DNA of 64,000 bases from a virus. Lineage: Duplodnaviria; Heunggongvirae; Uroviricota; Caudoviricetes. The stretch lies in the IMG/VR virus record IMGVR_UViG_3300028048_000051, positions 47,843 through 111,842 of that record. The stretch is one strand, 5' to 3'. The notes under the pieces were generated by a model. It ran no database searches. It had not been told where the DNA came from and saw only the letters and a program-made list of their open reading frames with translations. Below are positions 48,990-57,458 of the stretch, piece after piece. The translations under genes were made by a program, and so were the position numbers. Position 1 is the stretch's first letter. Each line of letters opens with the position of its first letter.

Positions 48990-49340
48990 TTATGCGTTCT
49001 TTCCCTTATCCTCCATGAAGACCGAGGCTTCTGGTGGAATAGGCATGTTCAACTTCTTGCGCTGCTCGCAGGCTTCCACGATGCGCATTTTGAGGTCGTC
49101 GGCCAACTCCTGCAAAGTGTCCCACCCGTGAATGCCGTACTTGAAATATCTCTGTACCACATCCCGGGTGGCATAATAACGATCAATGGCACGTTCCACA
49201 GTAAACAAAACATCGCGTTGTCCATGTCTGCCGCGCAGCAAGACCATACCGTTGACGGCTTCCATCAGCCCGATATTGGGAAAAGTCTGGTGGGATTCGT
49301 GCAGTCCCGCGTATTGGTCGACTTTTTCTTTTTTACTCAT
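48990..49340 (-). CDS. hypothetical protein downstream of terminase
   Basis: AAGGAG RBS before ATG 49340 (MSKKEKVDQ...). Confidence 0.65.
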   Translation of the reverse strand: MSKKEKVDQYAGLHESHQTFPNIGLMEAVNGMVLLRGRHGQRDVLFTVERAIDRYYATRDVVQRYFKYGIHGWDTLQELADDLKMRIVEACEQRKKLNMPIPPEASVFMEDKGKNA

Positions 49341-49354
49341 CTTAAACTCCTTGT

Positions 49355-52300
49355 TCAATATAAGCTGGTAGGTTCCACCACGGACACCTTTTGCATAACC
49401 GCTTCGGCAAATCTATCCCAGTCAGATCGAGGACCGAAGACCTCGTCCGGCATTACCGGAGTACCATCCGGATTGACATCGAGAATGGATGAATCATATC
49501 GCTGACCCAACCTCGGATATGCCTGGAAATGATCCCATATGGCACTGCAGCCGAAATTGACGGCGTGCGCAAAGTCGTCAGGAACTCCCGGCTTCTTTAC
49601 AATAAGAATTACTGTCTCTCCTCCGAGGGCCTTGCGGGGATCTTCTCTTAATGCCAACAAGTCGCGCTGAAAAGCCTTCTCATCGTCATCCTTGAAATCA
49701 GGAAGCAGTATCTTACGCTGCTTGATGGATTGGATCACCACCGCCAATGAGCGGCTCTTGTCCAGTGTGTACCAGTACAGGTCGGCCTCACGCTTGGCCT
49801 GGTTAGGTCGCATGATATCACCACTGCGCGGGCGGGTGTAATTGACAGGAATGACTATCAGTCCCGGGATGTTGAGAAGACCTTTCTGCTTCATGATCTC
49901 CATACGCAGAAACCCTGCCCCGCCGTTATCGAACGAGAAGCAGTCGGCACCGGTAAACTGTATCCAGCGCAGGATCTCATCAGCTTCTTCCATCGGAGTG
50001 GTCTCCTTTGGGAAGCGCCTACCGTACACGCATTCGATCACATCGGTATCATTACGAAGTCCCAACACTGCCATTGCGGTATAGGAATCCGATACAGCCC
50101 CTCCTCCCGACCAGTCCACTCCGATGCATACATACCGGTAACGATGGGCTATCTGCTCGAAGTCCTCAGGTTTGTTCACAACAGGCAAAGAAGGATCAAG
50201 TTTGGCATTGCGGATATCGGAAAGGGTTAAAGGACTGGTGGCGGCATCGTAAGGCCAACCAAACACCTCGTTATATAGCGTGAGTGTGGGATAAGTATCT
50301 ACCTTGTACAGGAGATCATTCCACTTCTCTGCGCTGTACATGTGCATCGGGTGTATAGTCTGACTGACATGATAGCCGGCAAATCGGTTGATACGCGATG
50401 GCACTGCAGCAACATATCCTCCATCTCGCGGATAAATTGGTTTTCCGCATTTGGCGCAGATGGGACCGGTCTTGCCGATCATTTTTAGCAGATGCTGCTC
50501 TGGGTTGGGTACGTTAAAGAATCCGCAGTGCTGACATTTGATCACCCATTCGGATTGGGAGGACTGATCCCAGAGCAACGCCAGCGTGGTATCGGTGGTT
50601 TTGGGCGTTCCGGTGTACACGTGGAATCCCCAGTTCATCGAAGCACTGGTGGTCTCACCTACAACCTTCAGAAATTCATACTCCACGTCCTGACAGTTGT
50701 ACGAACAGATGCCGTTGGCGAGGATGTAATTATGGGTGCCTACAACCTCGATGTCGTACACAGGGTCCTCACCTACGTATTCCACCTTGGCTATTTGGTC
50801 AAAACGGAAGATTCCGCCGACCGAAGCCGTTTTTCCCGCCGCATGCGGTTGTACTCGTCGATCTGTTCCTGCGTCATGGAGGCCCTGCGCTTGCGGCTGT
50901 TTTCGCGCGAGATAGCGCGGTTTTTCTCCAAGTCTGCGGCGTACTTTGCGGCGCGTTTGAGTCTGGCTGCCTCCTTCTGCTCGGGCGTCTCGTTGGCTTT
51001 CTTCCGATAGTAGGTTTCGCGTGCCTTGCGCTTGTATTCCTCGTATGCTTCCGGATCCGCCTTGATCCGCGCCATACGTCTTTGATATTGCTTCTTCGCC
51101 TGCGCATTCAATTTCGCATGCTTCACCGGATCGGCCATATACTTCAGATAGTATCCGCGGTCGCGCTCCAGTGCTGCCGCTTTTTTCTCCGGGTTCTCGG
51201 CCAAACGTTTGCGGTACTCGCGTTGATACAGCAGCTCCGCGGTCTTCACTTCCGGACGATGCCGTCTTCTCCTGGCCAGCGCCAGTCGATTGGCATACTT
51301 CTCCGGGTCTTGCTTGACCTTGGCATAATACTTGGCACAGTCGATTTTCTTCCTGAGTATAAAATCCGGATCGTTCTTGTGCCGCTCCAGATAAGCTCTC
51401 TTGATGGCCTTGTACACTTGCGGATTCGCTGCCCGGTACCGTCTGGCCGACTCGTTCCGCTTGCGTCGCCACTCCTCCCCGAGTTGTGCATATCTCTCCC
51501 GCGCTCTCCGGTTGATGAGTTCCCGATGATTCCTGCGCCAGTCCCGACTCTGCTGGGCCGCATGATCCCAGTGTTCCATGTAGTACTCGTGCCTCGTCTG
51601 CTTTCGCCACTTGAGCATGCATGCCGGAGAACAGCACTGGGACCTGGCTGCCGGTATCTCCTTGCCGCAGTACGCGCACTTCATCAATATCAGATCGGTC
51701 TTGTACCTCATGCACTCCGGGGCGTACGGTGTTATCAGCTGCATCAGCCGAATAAACCCCGCGTGATCCAAATAGAGATTGTATCCCGTATTCCCGGTAG
51801 ACGAATGCTTTACTTCTCTGACAGTAGAAGATACGCCCCATGCCGCCAGAAGCCAATCCCGCAGCAGCTCGTTCTCTTCTCTGGAGAAGCCGTTGGTGGC
51901 GATGTTTCCGGTGTTGTAGCCCTGGCGTCGTGAGCCGTCGTCCATGTACCACCACGCCAATGCTATCGGGTGCGTGATGTTCTCCAGAAACTCCCGGGTG
52001 ACGGTCTTTCGCTCGGCGCCGTCCGGGTGCGTCATCATATACAAGGAGTGAAATACTCCAAGGCTCTTCAATGTCAATACCGCCCAAGTGTTCCCGTATC
52101 CTGCGTTCGGTTTCGAGGACGGTGGTTTCGTAGCGAACTCTGATAATATCCTGTACTTGTGCTCCACATATGGAAGTTGCTTCTCGCCGTGGTTCCAACG
52201 TACGGCTTTCGTAGTCTTGCCGGACTTCGCAAACGCCGCGTCCCCCATCAGGCTGCCCATCACGGCATTCAGCTGCAATTCCGTCATCCCGACGGCCTGC

Positions 52301-53101
52301 ATTTGCTTTTCGAGTTCCGTATTCATGCTCTATGACCTCCGATAACCTGAGTTTCCCTTGACTGGTGCTCAGCTGATGGTCCGCGGTACATGTCAGCACT
52401 CGGCCATCAACCGTGGTGATCCGAAAGCAGGCGCGATAGCCATGGAAAGAAGCGTCGCGGACCACTCTCGACATTACCATACGCCCGTCAGGAGAGAAAG
52501 AGCGTAAAACGGAACCTGCTTGGATATTCTTACAACACAGAGATTGCCATTGCCGATACTTTCTGCAGGGGTGCGCAATAGTTGTAAGTTGTTGGCAATG
52601 AATGCTCTCGTCGCACATAACAGTACCGAGATTTGCGATACCGCGGATGCGGTCCGGCGTAGTGAACATGTAATCTTGGTAGATCAACGACCCGTTGTTG
52701 AACTGCTTCAGGGCCATTTTTTCGAGTTCTCCGCGCGTTATCAGCTGATGCCATATGGGAGAACTCTGAAGTAATGGCTTGAAGGTGGCGTTGTTGAAGC
52801 GCTGCACCTGATCCGCACGGGGTTCGGTAAGCAATATGTGATAAAAACTGACCAGGCCTGATCTCAGAATGGCACTGGTAGATAGAGTTGTCGTCTTGCC
52901 CAACTGACGACCAAACATAAACACTGTCTCTTTAGGTTGAACGGTGGAATACAGCGGAGCTACCTGGTAGTGCATCCGCAGATCCATGGGCTTGCCGTTC
53001 AAACGAAAGATGCAAAGGAAAGGAATGAAAGTCTTAAGGCTTCCGTCGCGTAATGCTTTGAAGGCGTCGGAGAAAGCCGCATTCAACACTGATGATGCCA
53101 T
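49355..53101 (-). CDS. terL: terminase large subunit (GpA-like) precursor with intein; 611 aa after splicing
   Basis: Walker A GRQLGKT; DRIRG; Walker B MCDE|CQD interrupted by the intein; coupling motif YTGTPKT; CQHC...CAKC Zn motif; nuclease motif CIGVDWSGGG...DDFAHA. Confidence 0.9.
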   Translation of the reverse strand: MASSVLNAAFSDAFKALRDGSLKTFIPFLCIFRLNGKPMDLRMHYQVAPLYSTVQPKETVFMFGRQLGKTTTLSTSAILRSGLVSFYHILLTEPRADQVQRFNNATFKPLLQSSPIWHQLITRGELEKMALKQFNNGSLIYQDYMFTTPDRIRGIANLGTVMCDESIHCQQLTTIAHPCRKYRQWQSLCCKNIQAGSVLRSFSPDGRMVMSRVVRDASFHGYRACFRITTVDGRVLTCTADHQLSTSQGKLRLSEVIEHEYGTRKANAGRRDDGIAAECRDGQPDGGRGVCEVRQDYESRTLEPRREATSICGAQVQDIIRVRYETTVLETERRIREHLGGIDIEEPWSISLLVYDDAPGRRRAKDRHPGVSGEHHAPDSIGVVVHGRRLTTPGLQHRKHRHQRLLQRRERAAAGLASGGMGRIFYCQRSKAFVYREYGIQSLFGSRGVYSADAADNTVRPGVHEVQDRSDIDEVRVLRQGDTGSQVPVLFSGMHAQVAKADEARVLHGTLGSCGPAESGLAQESSGTHQPESAGEICTTRGGVATQAERVGQTVPGSESASVQGHQESLSGAAQERSGFYTQEENRLCQVLCQGQARPGEVCQSTGAGQEKTASSGSEDRGAAVSTRVPQTFGREPGEKSGSTGARPRILSEVYGRSGEACEIECAGEEAISKTYGADQGGSGSIRGIQAQGTRNLLSEESQRDARAEGGSQTQTRRKVRRRLGEKPRYLARKQPQAQGLHDAGTDRRVQPHAAGKTASVGGIFRFDQIAKVEYVGEDPVYDIEVVGTHNYILANGICSYNCQDVEYEFLKVVGETTSASMNWGFHVYTGTPKTTDTTLALLWDQSSQSEWVIKCQHCGFFNVPNPEQHLLKMIGKTGPICAKCGKPIYPRDGGYVAAVPSRINRFAGYHVSQTIHPMHMYSAEKWNDLLYKVDTYPTLTLYNEVFGWPYDAATSPLTLSDIRNAKLDPSLPVVNKPEDFEQIAHRYRYVCIGVDWSGGGAVSDSYTAMAVLGLRNDTDVIECVYGRRFPKETTPMEEADEILRWIQFTGADCFSFDNGGAGFLRMEIMKQKGLLNIPGLIVIPVNYTRPRSGDIMRPNQAKREADLYWYTLDKSRSLAVVIQSIKQRKILLPDFKDDDEKAFQRDLLALREDPRKALGGETVILIVKKPGVPDDFAHAVNFGCSAIWDHFQAYPRLGQRYDSSILDVNPDGTPVMPDEVFGPRSDWDRFAEAVMQKVSVVEPTSLY
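50696..52606 (-). mobile_element. intein (637 aa) in the terminase Walker B motif
   Basis: Starts at Ser (SIHCQQLTT), block B TCTADH, block F VYDIEVVGTHNYILANG, ends SYN with +1 Cys. Removal restores DE-CQD. Confidence 0.9.
50791..52326 (-). CDS. LAGLIDADG homing endonuclease with Zn finger and basic helical repeats, overprinted in the +1 frame of the intein
   Basis: GSLMGDA and ALAWWYMDDGS...IATNGF motifs (two-motif LAGLIDADG_2 type). Own GGAGGT RBS 8 nt before ATG 52326, own TAG at 50791. Confidence 0.85.
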   Translation of the reverse strand: MNTELEKQMQAVGMTELQLNAVMGSLMGDAAFAKSGKTTKAVRWNHGEKQLPYVEHKYRILSEFATKPPSSKPNAGYGNTWAVLTLKSLGVFHSLYMMTHPDGAERKTVTREFLENITHPIALAWWYMDDGSRRQGYNTGNIATNGFSREENELLRDWLLAAWGVSSTVREVKHSSTGNTGYNLYLDHAGFIRLMQLITPYAPECMRYKTDLILMKCAYCGKEIPAARSQCCSPACMLKWRKQTRHEYYMEHWDHAAQQSRDWRRNHRELINRRARERYAQLGEEWRRKRNESARRYRAANPQVYKAIKRAYLERHKNDPDFILRKKIDCAKYYAKVKQDPEKYANRLALARRRRHRPEVKTAELLYQREYRKRLAENPEKKAAALERDRGYYLKYMADPVKHAKLNAQAKKQYQRRMARIKADPEAYEEYKRKARETYYRKKANETPEQKEAARLKRAAKYAADLEKNRAISRENSRKRRASMTQEQIDEYNRMRREKRLRSAESSVLTK

Positions 53102-53361
53102 TATGTTTTACCACCCGGTGATGTTCAATGTCTTATACGCATACCATATTGTAGAAAACCGTCAAACCCGACGTGTTTTCCAAACAGGAGCGCGTAACCA
53201 TGCGAGTTGAACACACCCAGTATATGATTGATAAGAAGTTGATTCCGGCCGACAGATACCGAAGGAAAGATGCTTTCGGTACGTCGCGTACGCAGGAAAG
53301 ACGAAGGCCTGATCGTACTGACGTATTGCCGGCGCAGAAACGCGCCTCCAAACAACAATAA

Positions 53362-53805
53362 GTGCGCAACAATCATATTCTTGAGGTATCGCTGGTGGTA
53401 GTACCGCCGGCGATTTTGTTTGTATTGGCCAATCCGTTTCTGTTCATCGTGATGTTCGCATTGCTGGCGATGAATGCGGAATGGAAGGCCTCACATAAGA
53501 CCAAAACACAGCATGCGATATTGGGAGCCGTGGTGACTGCATTGGGATGTATTCCGTTCCTCGCGGTAGATTCCATGCCACTGGGATCCATCGGAGCACT
53601 TCTTCTTATGGGCCTCCTGTCGTACTTGTCGTACAATCTGGGTAATGACACCCGGAAAGCCTCGATCGACGCCACAGGGCCAAATCCGGCCAAATTCAGG
53701 GCATCTGCATCAATGGCCATTGCCACTATACGTAAATCCACCAGTCAATCCGGCACTGATGTGTGGATAGACGGCAAGTGGGTACCGGTGGAAGATGTAA
53801 AGTAG
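53362..53805 (+). CDS. putative membrane protein
   Basis: Three to four hydrophobic segments; GTG start, start site uncertain. Confidence 0.5.
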   Translation: MRNNHILEVSLVVVPPAILFVLANPFLFIVMFALLAMNAEWKASHKTKTQHAILGAVVTALGCIPFLAVDSMPLGSIGALLLMGLLSYLSYNLGNDTRKASIDATGPNPAKFRASASMAIATIRKSTSQSGTDVWIDGKWVPVEDVK

Positions 53806-54009
53806 ATTGACCCGGCAGAGGTTAGCCGGAAAAAGAAAGAAGCAAAGAAAAATTGTTGCAGCCATACACAGTTTTTTCTTTCGTGATTTTTACGGGAGGT
53901 CCGTCATTCCGAGTACTTCATCGGAATTGTTCGCCTATTCCCACCTATGGACATCCTGTTGCTGGCCTACATTCGTAATATACTCTGTATATTACTTGTA
54001 GGCCTGTAA

Positions 54010-54260
54010 TAAGATGCGCATACGTGCGTATACGCGAATACCTCCCCACGGAGGTACTCGTAATAACAGACTTCCCTAAAATCTCAAAATAAAAAATTGG
54101 TATGACTTCTTAAAGAGACATGAGAATGTCTCTTTAAGAACAACGCGCGCGTGGAGGCGCACGCGCCCTCAAACGGCAAATAAAATGCCGTTTTAGCGCG
54201 CTGGCCATCCCCGCTGGCGCTAATTGCATCTCGCCGGGACGGGACCCGGCGGCTGCAAAT
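54010..54260. promoter_or_regulatory. cluster of inverted repeats upstream of the replication module
   Basis: TACCTCC/GGAGGTA (54039-56); 14-bp TTCTTAAAGAGACA/TGTCTCTTTAAGAA (54107-40); AAACGGCA/TGCCGTTT (54171-93); GCCGGG/CCCGGC (about 54233-50). Confidence 0.45.
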
Positions 54261-54309
54261 ACTCGAGGTCTTTCAAGTTTTTGGTTCGGAAGGAGGATTT
54301 TATTACATC

Positions 54310-55398
54310 ATGGCCAGACGATTTCTGTTCACAGCTGATTGTCACATCAAGCGCCGGACATGGGTAAATCATGTCCAGCCGGAAGGCGACTCTTACGAAG
54401 CCCTGCGGAAGTTGGGATGTCAGCTGGACATCACACCACCGGTAACAACACTGGTACTCGGAGGAGACTTCTTCGACGGTAACCGACCTACATCCACGGA
54501 CGAGGTGGAAGCGGTGAAGTTCCTTTCCGGGTTCAAACAGGTGCTGTATGTCCGGGGTAACCACGACAACGTAACACCGTCCTATTTGGAGGCATTGTTG
54601 AGTCAACTCACCGATGTGGAGCTGGTAGAGCTTACACCTGAAGGAGCGACGCTCGACAAAGGCACACCGGATGAAATCAGTGTTCACGGCATCTCGTGGA
54701 CAGCATCCCGTGAGGAACTGCTGGAATCTCTCCGCAGTGTTCCAGAGGTCGGTTGTCCGCAGTACGTGGTCCTTCATACGTCATTCAAGCACCTGCTGGA
54801 GATAGGGTCGTGGCAACTGTCGGAAGAAGACATCTCCGGTATCTTCGGTAACCGCCAGGTCCGGATACTCGTAGGTGACGTCCATACGCGGAACACCCTG
54901 CAGTTATCACATGGTTACATCCATAGTCCTGGATCGACGTATCCCTGCTCGTGGCCGCGTCCTGGTACAACGTATGCGGCATCGCTGATAGATGCGGTAT
55001 CCGGTGAGATAACAGCGGTAGACTGCACCGTACGGGACTACGTGGATGTGGAATACACCGGAGAGGATGAGTTGAAGAAGACGATCTTCGGATTGTTCAT
55101 GCATCGTGAACTACCGCCGGTAATTCGTCTGCACGTGCCTTCTGACGTGACTTGCCGCATCAACCCATCGGATTACCCGGATGCGGTCATCCTCATTCAG
55201 AAGGCCGTTTCCGGTCAAAATATGGATGGTGTACGACCGCTGTATCAGGCGGGTGTTTCCATGGAGGATGCAGTACGGCAGGAGTCACCATCGAAAGACG
55301 TGGCAGATCTGGCGGTATCCCTCATGTCGAGTGACGATCCGGCTGGACTGCTGGATGAGTGGATGAAGTTTTGGAATGTGGAAAGGATAGTGCTATGA
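54310..55398 (+). CDS. Mre11/SbcD-like (T4 gp47-like) nuclease
   Basis: Metallophosphoesterase motifs ADCH, GGDFFD, RGNHD, LH, GDVH, SPGS. Confidence 0.9.
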   Translation: MARRFLFTADCHIKRRTWVNHVQPEGDSYEALRKLGCQLDITPPVTTLVLGGDFFDGNRPTSTDEVEAVKFLSGFKQVLYVRGNHDNVTPSYLEALLSQLTDVELVELTPEGATLDKGTPDEISVHGISWTASREELLESLRSVPEVGCPQYVVLHTSFKHLLEIGSWQLSEEDISGIFGNRQVRILVGDVHTRNTLQLSHGYIHSPGSTYPCSWPRPGTTYAASLIDAVSGEITAVDCTVRDYVDVEYTGEDELKKTIFGLFMHRELPPVIRLHVPSDVTCRINPSDYPDAVILIQKAVSGQNMDGVRPLYQAGVSMEDAVRQESPSKDVADLAVSLMSSDDPAGLLDEWMKFWNVERIVL

Positions 55399-57437
55399 AA
55401 CACTATGTTTTGACCGGTGCTGTTCTGCACAACATTTGTCAGCACGAGGACTTCAGCTTCGATGTCTCCGTCGGTCTCAACGCCATCACCGGCAGAAACG
55501 GCGACGGCAAGAGCAACCTGTTGAGAGCCCTTGCCTACGGCCTTACCGGTATGGTCGACGGTACGTGGGGCTCGCAGCAGGATCTTCAGAAAGACGGTTC
55601 GATGGACCCCGGATATGTGACTGTGAACTTCACCGACGGGGAGACGTCCTATGTGGTCCGGAGATTTTCTACTTCAGGTACAAAATTTCAGGACTCCCTC
55701 GAATGTCTCAAGGATGGCGAATGGACTACGATAGCAGTACGCCGGCAGACAGTCAACCGGAAAATGGAGGAATTCTTCGGTATTCCCATCACGCTGATGT
55801 TCCAGATCATGTGGGGACGCCAGGGTGAGCTCGACCACCTGTTGACGGCGCCGGCTGCGTACGTCAACTCGTTCCTTTCCGCGGTATTTGACACCAGAAG
55901 GCTGGAAACGCTGAGAGGGTTCCTCAAGAACGCCCTCGATACGGTAGCCGCCCTTCCATCGGACAGTCTGGAGATCGCCAAGTCCCGCCGGGAGGAATTG
56001 GAAGCGCTGGAATCGGAAGAGTCCCTGAAGATGTCTTTGAATGACACCGAAAGGTCCCTGAAAAACAAGACGAATGAGGTTGCAGCACTCGAATCTACTC
56101 TCGGCGATAGGCCGCGGGAGGACAAGTTGAGGATGGAACGCGACAGGGCGGAACTTGCCGTACGTCAGGCCGAGCAGCAGATTGTCCAGTTGGAGGAGCG
56201 CGTCAAGGAAGTACCCACTCGACCGGGACTGGATGAACAGGCACTGCTGGACTACCGGCAGACCTGCCGCCAGAGCATAGCAGATCTCAGGACCAGACTG
56301 TCCGAACTTCAGCATAAGGAATCCGAGGCTACACGCACAATCGGTACTGTCGACACGTACGTTGAGCATGCCGAATACAGCTTCAACCACGTGATGAACA
56401 AAATCAAGAATGAACTCACCGGAATGCCGGAGACGTGTGAACTCTGCGGGCAGCATCTGGACGTTCACGGCAAAGAGCTGTACGTCAGACGCAAAATAAA
56501 AATGCTCACAGAGTTGGATTCGGTTGAAGAATTTCGTCAGCAGCACGAGAAGAAGATAGAGGATCAAAAGGTGTTTCGTGAATCCGCCGAGAAAACTCTA
56601 TCCGTTATACGTGATGAGATGGAAAAGATAAAGAGTTCTATCGCCGAGCAGGAAGATGCCGAGATGAAGGTGACTACACTGCTGGAAGCCTGGAACAAAT
56701 TCAACGCTTATCAGCCGGCGGTGAATGACCTCGCAGCGCTGCGGGAGTCCCTGCCCCTACTGAGGCAGACAGCGGAAGAACTGGGCAAAGTCGTTCCGGT
56801 AACAGCCGAGGATGTTGCACGATTGATGCGTCTACGTGCAGAGGTATCGGACCTCAACAACACCAAACTGGAATTAAGTAACAAACTGGCTTCGGTCACG
56901 CAGGCTAGAGAATTGCTTGCCAGGATGGTGGAGGACGCCGAGAGAACAGCGGCTCAGTACCAGATCAATGCGGAGGTGAGAAGGCTATTCACCGAGATGC
57001 GCGACATCTTTTCCCAGCGTCGGGCGCAGACCAGATACCTGAGAGGCAAGATCGAGGAACTTAACCGGCGTATCTCCTTGTACATGGACAGTGCCAAGAT
57101 GCCGTTCCAGTTGTACTTGAACGAGACGTCGCACATTTTCGAGTATACCACTGACGGCGGCTTTGTGCATCCGGCGTCCAGATTGTCCGGAGCCCAGCGC
57201 AATATTTCCGCTGTGGTACTGCAGATGAGCATTCTCGATGTGGTGGCTCCGCGGATGAACCTGTTTCTGGTGGATGAGCCTTCCGAGGCACTCGATCCGG
57301 ACAACAAATTAATACAGGCTGAGATGTTCGCCAAGCTGTCCACGCAGATGCCGGATATCGACGGCACCATGCTGATAGTAACAAGGGACGAGCAGCTCAT
57401 CGACAGCTGCAACAACAATATCAAGGTATCAAAATGA
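55395..57437 (+). CDS. Rad50/SbcC-like (T4 gp46-like) ATPase
   Basis: Walker A GRNGDGKS, coiled coil with CELC hook, signature LSGAQ, Walker B LVDEP. Confidence 0.9.
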   Translation: MKHYVLTGAVLHNICQHEDFSFDVSVGLNAITGRNGDGKSNLLRALAYGLTGMVDGTWGSQQDLQKDGSMDPGYVTVNFTDGETSYVVRRFSTSGTKFQDSLECLKDGEWTTIAVRRQTVNRKMEEFFGIPITLMFQIMWGRQGELDHLLTAPAAYVNSFLSAVFDTRRLETLRGFLKNALDTVAALPSDSLEIAKSRREELEALESEESLKMSLNDTERSLKNKTNEVAALESTLGDRPREDKLRMERDRAELAVRQAEQQIVQLEERVKEVPTRPGLDEQALLDYRQTCRQSIADLRTRLSELQHKESEATRTIGTVDTYVEHAEYSFNHVMNKIKNELTGMPETCELCGQHLDVHGKELYVRRKIKMLTELDSVEEFRQQHEKKIEDQKVFRESAEKTLSVIRDEMEKIKSSIAEQEDAEMKVTTLLEAWNKFNAYQPAVNDLAALRESLPLLRQTAEELGKVVPVTAEDVARLMRLRAEVSDLNNTKLELSNKLASVTQARELLARMVEDAERTAAQYQINAEVRRLFTEMRDIFSQRRAQTRYLRGKIEELNRRISLYMDSAKMPFQLYLNETSHIFEYTTDGGFVHPASRLSGAQRNISAVVLQMSILDVVAPRMNLFLVDEPSEALDPDNKLIQAEMFAKLSTQMPDIDGTMLIVTRDEQLIDSCNNNIKVSK

Positions 57438-57458
57438 AAGGTTTTGTCATGGGTGGTC

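Noticed and set aside
51082-51933. 283-aa plus-strand ORF antisense to the endonuclease, suggesting triple coding
   Set aside because: Antisense shadows of this length are common throughout the window; no RBS or recognisable motif.
50696-52606. Sequencing frameshifts or a naturally split intein as explanation for the out-of-frame endonuclease
   Set aside because: Two errors would not leave the alternate frame stop-free, and the endonuclease has its own RBS, start and stop. There is no stop after the N-intein and no suitable start before the C-intein strand. Read-level confirmation is still needed.
53173-53361. 62-aa basic ORF (and 53807..54001)
   Set aside because: Short, no clear RBS or motif; cannot be supported, though not excluded.
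53362-53805. Holin assignment for the membrane protein
   Set aside because: No adjacent endolysin or spanin gene and no diagnostic features; left as a generic membrane protein.
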